From contig NC_059426.1 of assembly GCF_021028975.2 (NCBI RefSeq), positions 123,132,001 through 123,196,000 on the forward strand: a DNA stretch of 64,000 nt. Direction: 5' to 3'. The notes under the pieces were generated by a model, which searched no databases, was not told where the DNA came from, and saw only the letters and a list, made by a program, of their open reading frames with translations. The stretch is from Sphaerodactylus townsendi (taxonomy: Eukaryota). Below, one piece after another: positions 38,301 to 50,168 of this stretch (positions are counted from its first letter, which is position 1; each line of letters starts with the position of its first letter). A program made the position numbers and the translations under genes.

Positions 38301-41300
38301 TCAAAAATTTAAATGCTACAAGAGACTATCGCATTAGAAGGAACAAGATTTATGTTCAAAATGCTTCTAAAAACAATTAAGCTAAAAAAATTGCCTATGG
38401 AACAGACTAAAGATTGTTAAAAATTCTAGTATGGAGAGTTGTTTGTATTCCATATTCCTTTTCCACTTGTGGAAGTAACTTTGGAAAAAGAAATCTTTGC
38501 TGATTCCCCTCCTATTGCAGACTTCCACTTCACCCCCAGCGCTGATCCCCGGAGTCCACTGATCCCCAAGGTCATGATTTCAGGTGCACAGCAGGAGATG
38601 GGAAACTTTCCTTTACCTAGCTCAGCTCTGCTAATACTAGCTAGGATCCACCTCTCAGTCAACTCATCTAGACAAGTTAAAAATCAGATATTTGGTAACA
38701 TTCTGGATATAAAATTAGGTGGAAGATCGAAACAACCGTGGGACGAGTCCACAATCTGACATCTGAAGGAAGCCGTGGTGTTAACTTGCCATTTAAATAT
38801 AGACTCTTTAATATAGTTTTATCATCTCACATCTAAATGTAATTTAGAAGATGAAGAGCAATCTCAGATTGTTAAAACTGCAGCTGAACAAAAATGCCAT
38901 GTATACCAAAATATACCCACGGTGCTCCAATTCCAGTTTAAATAAAACCTTTCCCCAAAATATGAATTTAGAAAGGAAAGGGGCCTTTTTAGTTCAAAAG
39001 AGCAGGCAGCAATGAGGCAACGTGAAAAAAATTACTACCAAAGACCCTAGAGAGCCACTGTCAAGGTTTAATGGCTTGATTCAGTACAAGGCAGCTTTCA
39101 TGTGCATTCTAGTGCTGAAGTAGACGTTTTAGGAAAATCAAAAGACATGGATGTGAATGCTGCCTTTGCCTGCTTCTGGACCACATTACTCATATGACCA
39201 TACTTATTACTGAAGAAAAAAATATCCACACAATAGATTAATCCAAAATAAATCCTTGCCATCATACAGTGCCTTTGGTCATGGGCAACTCACCCCCTTG
39301 TTCATCCAGCATGGTGATGGTTTTAATTCCTGCATCTTGGGACTATTTAGGAAGGGAAAAAAATGTTGACTAGCAATACAAAATATGGTGCAAAATATAA
39401 TCAATAAATTGAATTACAATTTGCAAAAGAATGATGGCACTTCAGCAACAACACATTTATCATGGACGTAGGATTTTGTGAACCAGAGCTTGATCATATA
39501 GGTTAACAGGAAGAAAATAAACATCACAAAAGAGGTGGATTCATATTTTTGGCTTGTAAAAGTAGAAAACTGGGAATCTGCCAATGGTCTACAGAAAAGC
39601 CCAAGTGCATGTAGAAAAACCACAGACATTACTTAAAAATGAAAAAAAAGTTGATGGGGAAACATCAGGAATAAATTGCTCCCAAAGAATCTGACTTCAA
39701 TTTCTTCCAAATCTTACATGAAGGCATGAAAGAAAATTTCTTTTCCATACAATCCCCCTTCCCAACTTTAAAAAAAAATTCCAAAAAGAATATATTGAGA
39801 AGTCTGAGGAGAACTGAGAAAGGATCTTCTCCTAGGGTATGCCTTTTTAACACAAGGTTTTATTTACTCAAAATACACAGTATGAAGATTTTTTTATTTA
39901 AGACAATTTACATTATTGGGTGTGTACACATTGCTGCGTATCCTGCAGATTTATTCCCATGGAAATAGTTTGTTTAAATGAAAACCATTTTGTCCACAAT
40001 TAATATGCTACCAATAGATACCAGACTACTGATTAATTCAATTTTTTCAATGTTGCCTAATTCTCAGCCTAAATACACTACTAGTGCTTTTGTGACTATG
40101 ATATTATCTGTGCAAATGTCTTTGCTACAAAATTTGTGTTTTTAATTTATTTTTTCCTACCTGTCAGATAGCAAAAACTAATATACATGTGCTAACACAG
40201 TACAGGGCAGTTTACAAATCAGTGTCTCTAGTAACTGGGTATATAAGTAGTTTCTCTTATAGGAAATAAAAGCCATTCTTTTACATTTCAGAAATATGCC
40301 AAACAATGCATATTTGCCAACTAATGTATAAGTAAGTAGTTAAAAGTTTAGTTTGATAAGTATTGTAAATGTCTCAGTTTTCCCTGAAATAGAGAATACC
40401 ACCCTTTTTCTCCATAGTATCAAGATTTCTGGAAATTTTATCAGTAACTCCTTCCCAACAATGCCTCTGAAGTTCCTTCTTACCTCAATAGCTAAGCCAA
40501 GAATCCTCCTTGTGCTTTCCAAAGACTAAAAACAAACAAAAACTGTTTAAGAATGCAAACTTAGATTGCAGATATTTAGCTGCCACACTATAGAATACAA
40601 TTTTTTTCAAACCTCAGAACGTGTGGTAACATCCAAAAGAATACAACTCTTTCACAACATTCTGCTTAGTTAGTATTTTTAAAAACAGTATTCTCTTGTG
40701 AATGTGCTGCTTATATTTTGCAATTAAGACCTCTGAAATATAGCTGCATTCTGGTTTCTTAAGTTGTCAAATCTGGAGAATTTTACCTTTCTTTTTTGCT
40801 AAGTACTCAAATTCTACATCACAGGATCATGTGATTCAGTGATAGCGAACCTTTTCGAGACCGAGTGCCCAAATTGCAACCCAAAACCCACTTACTTATT
40901 GCAAAGTGCCAACACGGCAATTTAACCCGAATACTGAGGTTTTAGTTTAGAAAAAATGGTTGGCTCCGAGGTGTTTATTACTCAGGAGTAAGCTTGGTGG
41001 TAGTCGGTGGCTTTGCTTTGAAGCAACCGTGCAACTCATCCAACAGGTGAATCATGACCCTAGGAGGGTTTACTCAGAAGCAAGCCCCATTGCCAGCAAC
41101 CGAGCTTACACCCAGGTAAAGGATTGCGCTTTAGTTCTTCGCGTGAAAATCAGTGGGGTTTAACAGTGCTTAACAGGGTTACCTACACTGCTTCCCCAAA
41201 ACGAGATTTTAGGTTTAATGCTAATAATCAAGCCCAGCGGCCCAGGCCAGCCTAGATGTGTGTGTGTGGGAGGGGACTCTGTTTGCGCGTGCCCACAGAG

Positions 41301-41793
41301 AGGGCTCTGAGTGCCACCTCTGGCACCCATGCCATAGGTTCACCACCACTGATATAAATGCTCAGTGATCCATGCCTGCTTGTTTTGGAACATCATGGGT
41401 TATTATTCCTTTAAAATTAACTGTATTATGTCCTTTATAATGTGTTATTACTGTTATTGCAATTCAGCTCAAGTTTTTTAATAAATGATTACATTAACAG
41501 CTGTTTTGTTTGGAGTGCATCACTTGGAACCCTCAATGGAACCTGTCATAAATTTCTCTGTTATTCACTTGGTAAGTTAAAAGATTTAACATTTAAGAGA
41601 AAGCTCCACACACCTACCCCCAGAACAACAAAAAAGTCATTTGGAAAAGAAGGCTTTGAACATCTTAAACTTGTTTCCTAGAGTTTTTTAAAAGCTACAT
41701 AAGCATTAGAGGAAGAATGAGTAAGGAGATACTTACTTCATCTGTAACCTGATTGGCCCTCAGTTGAATTTCTTCAGGTGACAAGTCAGCCAT
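29245..41793 (-). CDS. SNAP23: Synaptosomal-associated protein 23, complement(join(29245..29310,30635..30779,31748..31897,38154..38271,39294..39342,40484..40525,41737..41793)), 627 nt, 208 aa
   Basis: [75 protein letters not shown]/..[31 protein letters not shown]../[12 protein letters not shown]; two SNARE helices and Cys cluster; synteny. Confidence 0.97.
30061..30523. mobile_element. hAT MITE
   Basis: TIR CAGTAGAGGGATTC / GAATCCCACCACTG; perfect TSD CTTATATC. Confidence 0.9.
30635..30779 (-). CDS. SNAP23: SNAP23 coding exon 6 (145 nt)
   Basis: [48 protein letters not shown]; |GTGAGA. Confidence 0.96.
31748..31897 (-). CDS. SNAP23: SNAP23 coding exon 5 (150 nt, linker)
   Basis: [28 protein letters not shown]; |GTAAGA. 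Confidence 0.95.
32979..33011 (-). CDS. SNAP23: Candidate SNAP23 alternative microexon (33 nt with GC donor, or 24 nt 32988..33011 with GT donor)
   Basis: Branch point CCCTAAC, long CT tract, AAG acceptor; frame-preserving and stop-free ([10 protein letters not shown]); downstream CTAAC and two TGCATG. Confidence 0.6.
35690..36180 (+). mobile_element. L2-like LINE 3' end inserted in the DIRS remnant
   Basis: Similar to the 21120-21490 3' end; TCAAA-repeat tail. Confidence 0.8.
37085..37230. mobile_element. 146-bp palindromic hAT MITE
   Basis: Whole element folds back on itself; TSD CCATAGAG / CCATAGCG. Confidence 0.9.
38154..38271 (-). CDS. SNAP23: SNAP23 coding exon 4 (118 nt, Cys cluster)
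   Basis: [40 protein letters not shown]; |GTCAGT. Confidence 0.95.
39294..39342 (-). CDS. SNAP23: SNAP23 coding exon 3 (49 nt)
   Basis: [16 protein letters not shown]; |GTGAGT. Confidence 0.95.
40484..40525 (-). CDS. SNAP23: SNAP23 coding exon 2 (42 nt)
   Basis: [14 protein letters not shown]; TAG| and |GTAAGA. Confidence 0.95.
40837..41351 (+). mobile_element. hAT MITE, same ends as 12754-13228 but a different core
   Basis: Shared ~130-bp left end and ~110-bp right end. Confidence 0.88.
41737..41793 (-). CDS. SNAP23: SNAP23 first coding exon (exon starts at 41816)
   Basis: ATCATGG Kozak context; donor GAA|GTAAGT. Confidence 0.95.
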
Positions 41794-42976
41794 GATGAAT
41801 ACTTATTTTCCAGTATCTGAATATTCACAAACAATGGACTTTCTCCTGTAACAAACATTTACAATGACAAAATCATCACTGAATTCAAACATGACAAGAG
41901 CAAGAAGTGCCACAATATTTACAAGCAGACTCATTTTCTGAGGAATACAAGTTCTCAAAACCAGAACAATCCAAGATAGGAAAAACTGCATAAGACAGGG
42001 AGAGAAATCTGCAAATACACCGCTACTGATTGATTCAATAGCTCATGAGCTACTGTCCAACTTATGTACTAAACATGACAAAAAAACCTCAGCGCATGTA
42101 CCGTTTCCAGATTTGTACACAGTGCATTTGCCTTCTTTTGCTAAAATGATTCAAATGTTGCGAACAATATTTAAATTATTTATTTAAATTTGAATAGGTA
42201 CATTAACTGCCGGCAGCAATCATCTACCTAGATTTGAATCCGGGAGCCCCTTAGAGAGAACAGGATTTCCAGTGCTTAAGCTGTTAAGAATCAAAGCTTC
42301 CTTCATTAGAGCTTTGACTCTTAATAGCTTACATCCTGAAAATCTTGTTGCTCTCTAAAGAGCTACTGGACTCAAATCTAGTTGTTCTACTACAAGCCAA
42401 TATGGCTATTCTCTAAAACTATCTTCAAAGATGGGCTAAAATAGTTTGAGGATGGAGAGCATTTAGGAAAGCATGGAGCAGGTGTCCAATGAAGTAGCTG
42501 ATCAAGGAAAACGATCCATTGGTTACTTACCGTGAAGGGGCCTTCTACTGGACATCGGAAGGACATCTTGATGGGTGGTTTCCAACCCGTTCTCAGGGAG
42601 GCAGGATGTGAAAACTTGCCACTTCCTGTGAACTGCTTGGTCGCCCATTTAGATCCAGTAGACGACTGTCAAGAGCAGTGAGAGCCATATTGCCCTAACA
42701 CGTATCAGGAAGCGACAGAATAACACGAAGAACGTATAACAAGTCAAACATGACAACAATGAAAAAACACTCTGCACGGAAAACTTGGATAAGTCAACAA
42801 ACATAGTCAGGAATCCATTATCGGGGACTAATGCTGATCCAGGGAGGGCCAAGATGTCCTTCCGACGTCCAGTAGAAGGCCCCTTCACGGTAAGTAACCA
42901 ATGGACCGTTCTACTGGAGGCGGAAAAACATCTTGATGGAAACTCCCAGAGCAGTCCCAAAATTGGGTGGGTCAGA

Positions 42977-43400
42977 TCATTCCCCGATAATGTGTTCCAA
43001 CACTTGTCTGCCAAAGGTGGCTTCAGAGGCTGCTAGGGAATGGAGTTTATAGTGTCTGACAAAAATGGATGCTGAAGACCAAGTAGCAGCTCTACAGATG
43101 TCTATCAGGGGGACCTGTTTTCTGAAGGCCACGTTGGCAGCCACCGCACGCGTGGAGTGAGCCGTGATCCTCTGAGGGAGGGGATGGTTCGATGCTTTAT
43201 AGGCTTCAATGATACAGGCCTTAATTGTTTTACTAATTGCTGCCTTGGTCATTCGACCAAGCGACCTCACGAACGCTTTCCACGAGGAATTGTAGATGTT
43301 ATTTGTAGAAGAACGTCGTGAGGCTAGAAGCGTGTTGGTGACTTGTTCAGAGTATCCCTTGCGTCTTAGGAGATTCCTCTCAAGCGCCACACGGTCAGTT
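42977..43400 (-). pseudogene. DIRS tyrosine recombinase, internally deleted
   Basis: GYS..LLASRR.ST..IY...WKAF N-terminal part fused near 43264 directly to the AHSTR..ATWSS..FVRHY C-terminal part. Confidence 0.85.
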
Positions 43401-45230
43401 TGAACCACTGCGGGTTCGGGTGGGAAACTGGACCTTGAGTCAACAAGTCTGGTGGCGTTGGAAGTGGAAGGCCCGGGGAGACTACCATCTCCAGAATGGA
43501 TGAGAGCCAAGGCCAGTACGGTGCTACTAGAATCACCTCGGCTTGTTCCGCTGCTATTTTCCTCAACACCTTGGAAATAATGGGGAGGGGAGGGAAGGCT
43601 TATAACAGAGCTTTGGGCCATGGCATTACTAAGGCGTCCACTTCTGCCGCCTTTGGATGACAGAACCGGGACACGAAGCAGGGCAGTTGACGGTTTTCTG
43701 CTGAAGCGAACAGATCTAACTTGGGGTACCTGAAGGTCCTCGTGATCATTTGGAAGATTGCTGGCTTTAGCCTCCATTCTGCTTCTGCAACAGTTTGCCT
43801 GCCGATCCAGTCGGCTGTGATGTTCAACTGTCCCCTGATGCGTTCCGCCGATAGCGAAAGTAGGTGAGTTTCGGTCCATGACAGAATGAGCATGACTTCC
43901 CTGTGTATCTGGGATGACTTGGACCTGCCTTGGTTGTTTAGGTACGCCTTTGCTGTGGTGTTGTCCGTACGTATGGGAACATGGGTCCCTTGAAGCACTG
44001 ACTGAAAATGCAGAAGGGCTTTGAAGATAGATCTCGTCTCCAGAAAGTTGATGGGTAAGATCGTTTTGTCTGCTGACCAGAAACCCTGAACAAACTGTTC
44101 TCCCAAGGATGCTCCCCACCTCGGAGACTGGCATCTGTGATCACCTGGTTCCTGTCTGGATGGAGATATACTTTTCCCTTCGATAGGTTGCGCTCAGAGG
44201 TCCACCACCGGAGATCCTTGCGAAGGCAGAGCAACTATGCGATCTTGCTTCAGCATGATCTGTAGTTGGAAGGGATGCAGAAAGATTTGCAAGGGCCGGG
44301 TGTGGAGTCTGCCCCACTAAAGCATATTGAATACCAACACCATCAGACTCGCCAATAGAAGGAGAGATTATGTTAGCTTGGAGATGATGAGTGAAACCGT
44401 CCGTTGGAAGCGTAGTCTCTTGTCCTGTGGGATGAATAGAAAGTTCTTGGAGGTGTCGATGAATGCTCCCAAGTGTTCCATTGTCTGCGATGGAATGATT
44501 GTACTCTTGTCTAGGTTCACTATGAAACTGTGATCTTGCAGAACCTTCTGCGCTGTTTGGACATCCTTGGTTGCTTGTTGAGCTGATCTTGACCGGACCA
44601 GGATGTCGCCGAGGTATGGGTAAGCATGAATCTTCTGCTCCTGAAGCAGGGTAATGGGACACAGCAGAATCTTGGAAAAAACTCAAGGGGCTATGGCCAA
44701 CCCGAAAGGTAGAGCTCTGAACTGGAACTGTGGCTTGCGTACTGCAAAGTGGAGATACTTCCTGTGAGAATGGTTAATCGGGATGTGGAGGTAGGCCTCT
44801 GTCAGGTCTAAGGAGGTCAGAAAGTCGCCTGGACGAAGATTTTCTACGATGGAACGAAGTGTTTCCATCCTGAATCGATGTAGCTGTAGATGTCGATAGA
44901 TGAACTTCAGATTGAGTATTGCTCGCCAGTCCCCGTTGAGCTTTGGCACTGTGAAAAAGTGAGAGAACACCCCCAAGGATCTCTCCAATTCTGGCACTGG
45001 TTCTATTGCCTGAATACTGATAAGGTGTTGAATGGCCCGTTGTGTTCTTTGTGCCTTGTCTATGTTGGCATTGATTGCGAACGCGCGAAAACGCTGCGGG
45101 GGTAGGTGAGCAAATTCGATCGAGTAACCTAACTGAATGACCTCCTGAGACCAGCGGTCTACATGGCTGCCTTCCCATTGATGACTGAAAAATTGAAGGC
45201 GGCCACCTACCGGGGTTAGGTGAGAGTCAT
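43366..45230 (-). pseudogene. DIRS RT/RNase H/methyltransferase ORF, inactivated
   Basis: Stop at 44683 (AP*VF, expected APRVF), YLGD instead of YLDD at 44605-44616, frameshifts, stop before AFPP at 43600. Confidence 0.88.
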
Positions 45231-46877
45231 TGTTTGGTGGATCCTTCGGAACGGAAGGGTTTTCCGGATTTTGAGTTGGTACGAAAGGAACTATTGAATT
45301 GTCCAGTGTGTCTACGGAAACCCTGTTGGGCTTGCCAGCGTTTACCATCACGGGAAGGTCTAGGAAGGGTTTTATGCGACCGGAATGTGGATGTTGGCCT
45401 GCTGTTCTGATTAGAATGGTCAGCTCTGAGCAACTTGGGCATGGCTTTTTTGTTGTCCTTAGTTTGCACTAGAACTTGTTCCAATTCTGGGCTGAAAAGG
45501 GTGCCACCCTGGAATGAATAACCTGCCACGAGATGTTTTGACTGAACGTCTGCTGGCCAGGCTCTGAGCCAAGCATGCCTCCTAGCCACTACACTGTTGG
45601 CCATAACCTTTACTGTTAGTAGAAGGCCTTCGTGGTTAGAATCTGCCAGGTAAGAAGTGCTAAGGAGAATTCTTTCCACTCCCTCTCTAATGGCTTTAGA
45701 CTCAGGCGGGAGCATATCCAAAATTCTGCGCAGCCAGATGATTGCAGCCCTAGCCATAGTGGCTAATGAAAGAAGGAGCTTTGCTAATGCTGCAAGGCCA
45801 TTGTGGGCTTTTTTGGGAATGGCCTCAGAATGCTTGTCTAGTTGGTCTTTGATGGTACCAACACCATCTTTGGACACCAAGCCCCCCCGATTGGAGAGTG
45901 GAGATGGGGGCGTCCACCAGGGGAATCTGGAGCATTCTGGTGATGTAGTCTGGCACTGGGTACAACTTTTTGAATGATGGAGACAGGTTTTTAGCCAAGG
46001 TGGGAGATGCCCATTCTTTGAGAATTCCTCGTTGAAAATACTCTGGCATTGGCAGAAACTCAGAGTTACAGTCCTATTGTGGAAAAATGTCTTTTCCCCC
46101 TTTAGGGCAGCCCTTGATGGGCTTATCTGATTTAGAAGTGGCTGCAGGATCAAAGGCATCTTCAGAGTCCTTAAGATCCAGTGCAGAAATGGCTTTGGTA
46201 ATAAGAGAAATATTTTCTATATTGAAAAACTTTAAAGGTTGCTCCTGATTGTCTGAACTGGCCCCATCCGACTCTGAAAAATGATCAGAGTCCTCTCCTA
46301 TTTCCCCTTCACTGATGTCTTCATCTCCCGGGAAGGCTAAGGGGTCCCTGCATCTAGGTCTGCCCCTGTGTGTTGGGGAGATAGAGCAGTTGGAGAGGGA
46401 GAGGGAGACTGCCTCCTGCATCTGGGACCATGCTCTTTCTTATGATAAGACTGAATCTCCTCTCTCATAGCTTCTCTGAACAAGTTAACTAGGGGGGAGG
46501 TGTCATGCCATCTGTTTAAGCTGGGGAGAGCTACGGGGCGATCACCCTGCCCCCCTCTCCCTTGCAACATGGGCGCGATCTTGCCTGGTCGAGAAGGAAT
46601 CGCTTTCTTCTCCCTCCTCCTCGTCTTCGTCTGATTGTGCTGCGTTCCGAGCCTCCGTGGCGGTGTCCTCTGTTGCCAGACAGTGGGGCTGCCAAGACGC
46701 CTGCTGCTGCGTGCGAGGCCTCCGGGTCCTGCACGTGATCGTCAACCCCCTGAGGGGTAGGAAAGCGCCGGGAGGGAGCAGAGGAGACCCAGGGAAAAAA
46801 GGCATCCTCAGCGGTTGTGCGGGGGCCGCCGGTGCTCGGCTCCTGGCTCTGGGTTTTTTCTCACCGCTTCTTGCCAC
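45227..46877 (-). pseudogene. DIRS gag-like ORF1, frameshifted
   Basis: Fragments in ORFs 46542-46877, 46074-46421, 45825-46049 (KEW..KKLYPVP..IPLVDAPI) and 45227-46159. Confidence 0.8.
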
Positions 46878-49509
46878 TCGGCTCTTTTATCCATGGCTTC
46901 TTTGTCTGTGGCTGAGCCCGTCCTTCCCTGGATGGGAAGGGAGTGAGTTCGACTGCCTCCTCCCGAGCGGCTCTATTAGAGTTTTTGTGGGTGGCAGCCC
47001 TAGTGCTCTCTGCTGACGACCGAACAAAGGTCTCTCTGGGAGGAGAGAAACCGTCGGCCATTTTGGCGGTCTTTTTTGGCGGGAAGAATCCCTATGCATG
47101 AATCAGACCTTCCACTAAACGAACGCAGGATAAGGAGAGGGAGGGAGGTAAAACCACTGGGTGAAGTATGTAAGGAAGGATAGACACAGACACACACTAA
47201 AAAACTGACAAATAACAGATAAACTCGCAGAGCCTAGAAAGGATGCTGCTCTCCCTGTGAGGCAGGAAAGTAAACTGGATCTAAATGGGCGACCAAGCGG
47301 TTCACAGGAAGTGACAAGTTTCTACATCCTGCCTCCCTGAGAACGGGTTGGAAACCACCCATCAAGATGTCCTTCCGCCTTCAGTAGAACAACAGGTCTA
47401 GCAGATGAAGAGTTGGATGGGGGACAGAGAATTTTCAGCCACTAATTTTGTTGTAGTGATGTATGTATTGATAGATCCCTGAAGACAACACTCTTGTTAT
47501 ATTTAAAATGCCTTAAAGCAGAAGTCTCCTTGCAATCTTGGTTTCCTCCCACAAAAAAACCCAATTCATAACAACTTCCTCAATTCTATGTACTGAACAG
47601 AGAAACACTTCACTTTGGGGCCTCACAAACCTTTGATTGCAAAATGTATATTCATGGTGCAGAAAATACACATTTCAATTACAACTTCTATACTAAGTGA
47701 ACAAAGTTAACATAGTTGTGATAACTTACATGAAAAAAAGATCACCTAGACTGAAGTTCTGAAAAACAAGCTTGTAAAATACCTCAACTATCTTGCCTTC
47801 CCTTATTACACAATGGCCTTGTATTACAAGATACTACCAACATTGCCTGGATAGCTAAGAGCTTCCCTAAAACTATACGCTCACTTAGAATACACAAAGC
47901 TCAGACTTTCACATAGTACACATGTTAAAGTAAGAGAGTAGTTTATTAATTAATACTTCAATCTTTGGTACTACATTGGAATTTTTTAATAACCTGTGGT
48001 AAAAAAAATACAGGTTCTGTTACTAACCCTAAAATACATTTGTCCCTAGTCATGACACTCATTCAATGAGGTTTATTAATGAATATTTTCAATTGAACAA
48101 TATTGGAATATTTTTGTTTTGCTCAATTAAAAGTAGAATATGAATCAATTCCAAAAGTAAAGGTCTTTTAATTTATTAACAAACTTGGCACGATTATTCA
48201 GGCCCTGAACAAGAGTTATCGGAGCTAGTTCTCTCGCTACAAAAAGTAATTGTTTCCTGATTAATTACCAGTTGTATTCATACCTACTGTTACCACAACT
48301 TAGCACTGTACCAATTAACATGTACTTTACTCATAGCTTTTATTTTGTTATACTGAGTTATCCTACACTGTGCATACACTGTGCCCAGGGACTTCGCTGA
48401 TGGTTGGGAAATAAGTGCAAAGATAAATGTATAAATACAATACCAAGTACTTTCTTAAGCTACTTGTCACATAGGCGGAAGTGGAAAATTCACATCACAA
48501 CAATTGATAGACTATCAGCAGCAAAAGTTTTCTGCTTTTAATGAAAGGATTTTTTTATTGATTTATACTGCCGACCAGCCTCTATGACAGACATTTTTGC
48601 TGAGTGAAAACAAGATACATAAATCTTCTTAAGGTAACAAACATGTTCTTCCTTGATTGAAGAAGATTTTTCACATTTGCAAACCAGAACATACAGAAAC
48701 AATGGTGATATAGCCAAGGTTTGAGATAGTAATTGCATTTTAGATTAAATGTTGCTGCTTGTTCGTGAAATTGATGTGGGAAGGGTAATCCTAAACAATA
48801 AAACGCTAAGAAGTCGAATGTCCTGATGATGAACCCTCCACCAATGGGACTCATTTTGTGAGTCCTGTTCTGCCATTGGTGTAGGGGTCACTATTGGGAC
48901 TTTTGAGTTCTTCCTGGCCCACAGAGCAGTAGCGCCTTGGATAAGGCCCAGCCGACACCCCCTGCCTTCCCTTCCAGCAGCAAAGGTAAGTGCCCTGAGA
49001 GGGGAAGGGCACCAACACTTCAGACCATTGGGAGGGAGGGGGGGATGCTTGCTAGAGCCCATTGCATTCCCCATTGCCCCTGCAATGGGACTTTACTGCT
49101 AGTGAGGTATAATCAGCTAGTCCACAGAATGTTGTATTGTTGACCAGCCACATCTGAGCATTAAATCTAAGCAGAAATAAGTAAAAAACATATAACGAGG
49201 TAGAACAAGGGCCACAAACCTTTAAATGAGCAAGTCTTTAGATAACACAGTAATTGCCTAGAATAGCACTTAAGTGGTCATCAGGGCAGCCAGTGTGGCA
49301 TGGGGGTTAGTATCAGACTAGCATCTCAGACCTAATTTTGAATTCCATTCTGCCATGGAAGTTGGGAGTGTCATACATACTCAACATAACCTACCTCAGC
49401 CACCCTGGGAGGATAAAATAAGAAAGTGTGAGAATGATTCAAGATACTTGGGAAGAAAAGCAGAGTACAAATGAAGAAAACAAGTAGTAACTCAAGCCTG
49501 AGAAAGACT

Positions 49510-49648
49510 TTTTCTTGCTGTGAGTCATGAGTTCCCCCTGGGAAGACAGGAAGTTTTAGCCTTGTCTCCCTGAGCCGCCAGAAGGAAACACCCCAGCTTC
49601 CAAGATGCCTTCCTTAAAGCAGAAGGAACCCTCATGGTAAGTTCCCAG
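49510..49648 (+). mobile_element. Isolated DIRS terminal-repeat fragment
   Basis: CTCCCTGAG..CTTCCAAGATGCCTTCC..GGAACCCTCATGGTAAGT resembles the ITR/ICR of the 33-37 kb element. Confidence 0.6.
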
Positions 49649-49873
49649 GACTACAATTCCCATCAGCCCCTGCCAGCATGGCCAAGTGGCGGGGCCGATG
49701 GGAATTGTAGTCTATGAACATCTGGAGTGCCACAGTTTGCAGACCCTAGCCCAAGAACATTAAAAAGCCATACTGGATCAGACCAAGGCTCATCAAGTAT
49801 AGAAGTCTGTTCACACATCATGACTCGTATCCATTTTGTCTAATATCAATGGATAGCCCTATCCTCCATGAAC

Positions 49874-50168
49874 AGCAGTGGCGTAGGAGGTTAAGAGCTC
49901 GTGTATCTAATCTGGAGGAACTGGGTTTGATTCCCCGCTCTGCCGCCTGAGCTGTGGAGGCTTATCTGGGGAATTCAGATTAGCCTGTACACTCCCACAC
50001 ACGCCAACTGGGTGACCTTGGGCTAGTCACAGCTTTTCGGAGCTCTCTCAGCCCCACCTACCTCACAAGGTGTTTGTTGTGAGGGGGGAAGGGCAAGGAG
50101 ATTGTAAGCCCCTTTGAGTCTCCTACAGGAGAGAAAGGGGGGATATAAATCCAAACTCCTCCTCCTCA
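49874..50168 (+). mobile_element. Young tRNA-derived SINE (Squam3-like) inserted in a CR1 fragment
   Basis: A/B boxes; highly similar to the copy at 58384-58680. Confidence 0.88.

Larger units (their letters stand above)
42510..47390 (-). mobile_element. DIRS1-like tyrosine-recombinase retrotransposon, both ends intact, coding regions disrupted
   Basis: ITRs 47274-47389 / 42543-42659; ICR 42850-42939; GTT at both ends. Gag-like ORF (RHAWLRAW..FQGGTLF), RT (GGRL..DLTEAYLHIPI..LPFGL), RNase H (TDAS, RTDNTTA, NITAD), methyltransferase-like (DLFAS..AFPP) and YR C-terminus (HSTR..W..F.RHY). Confidence 0.96.
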
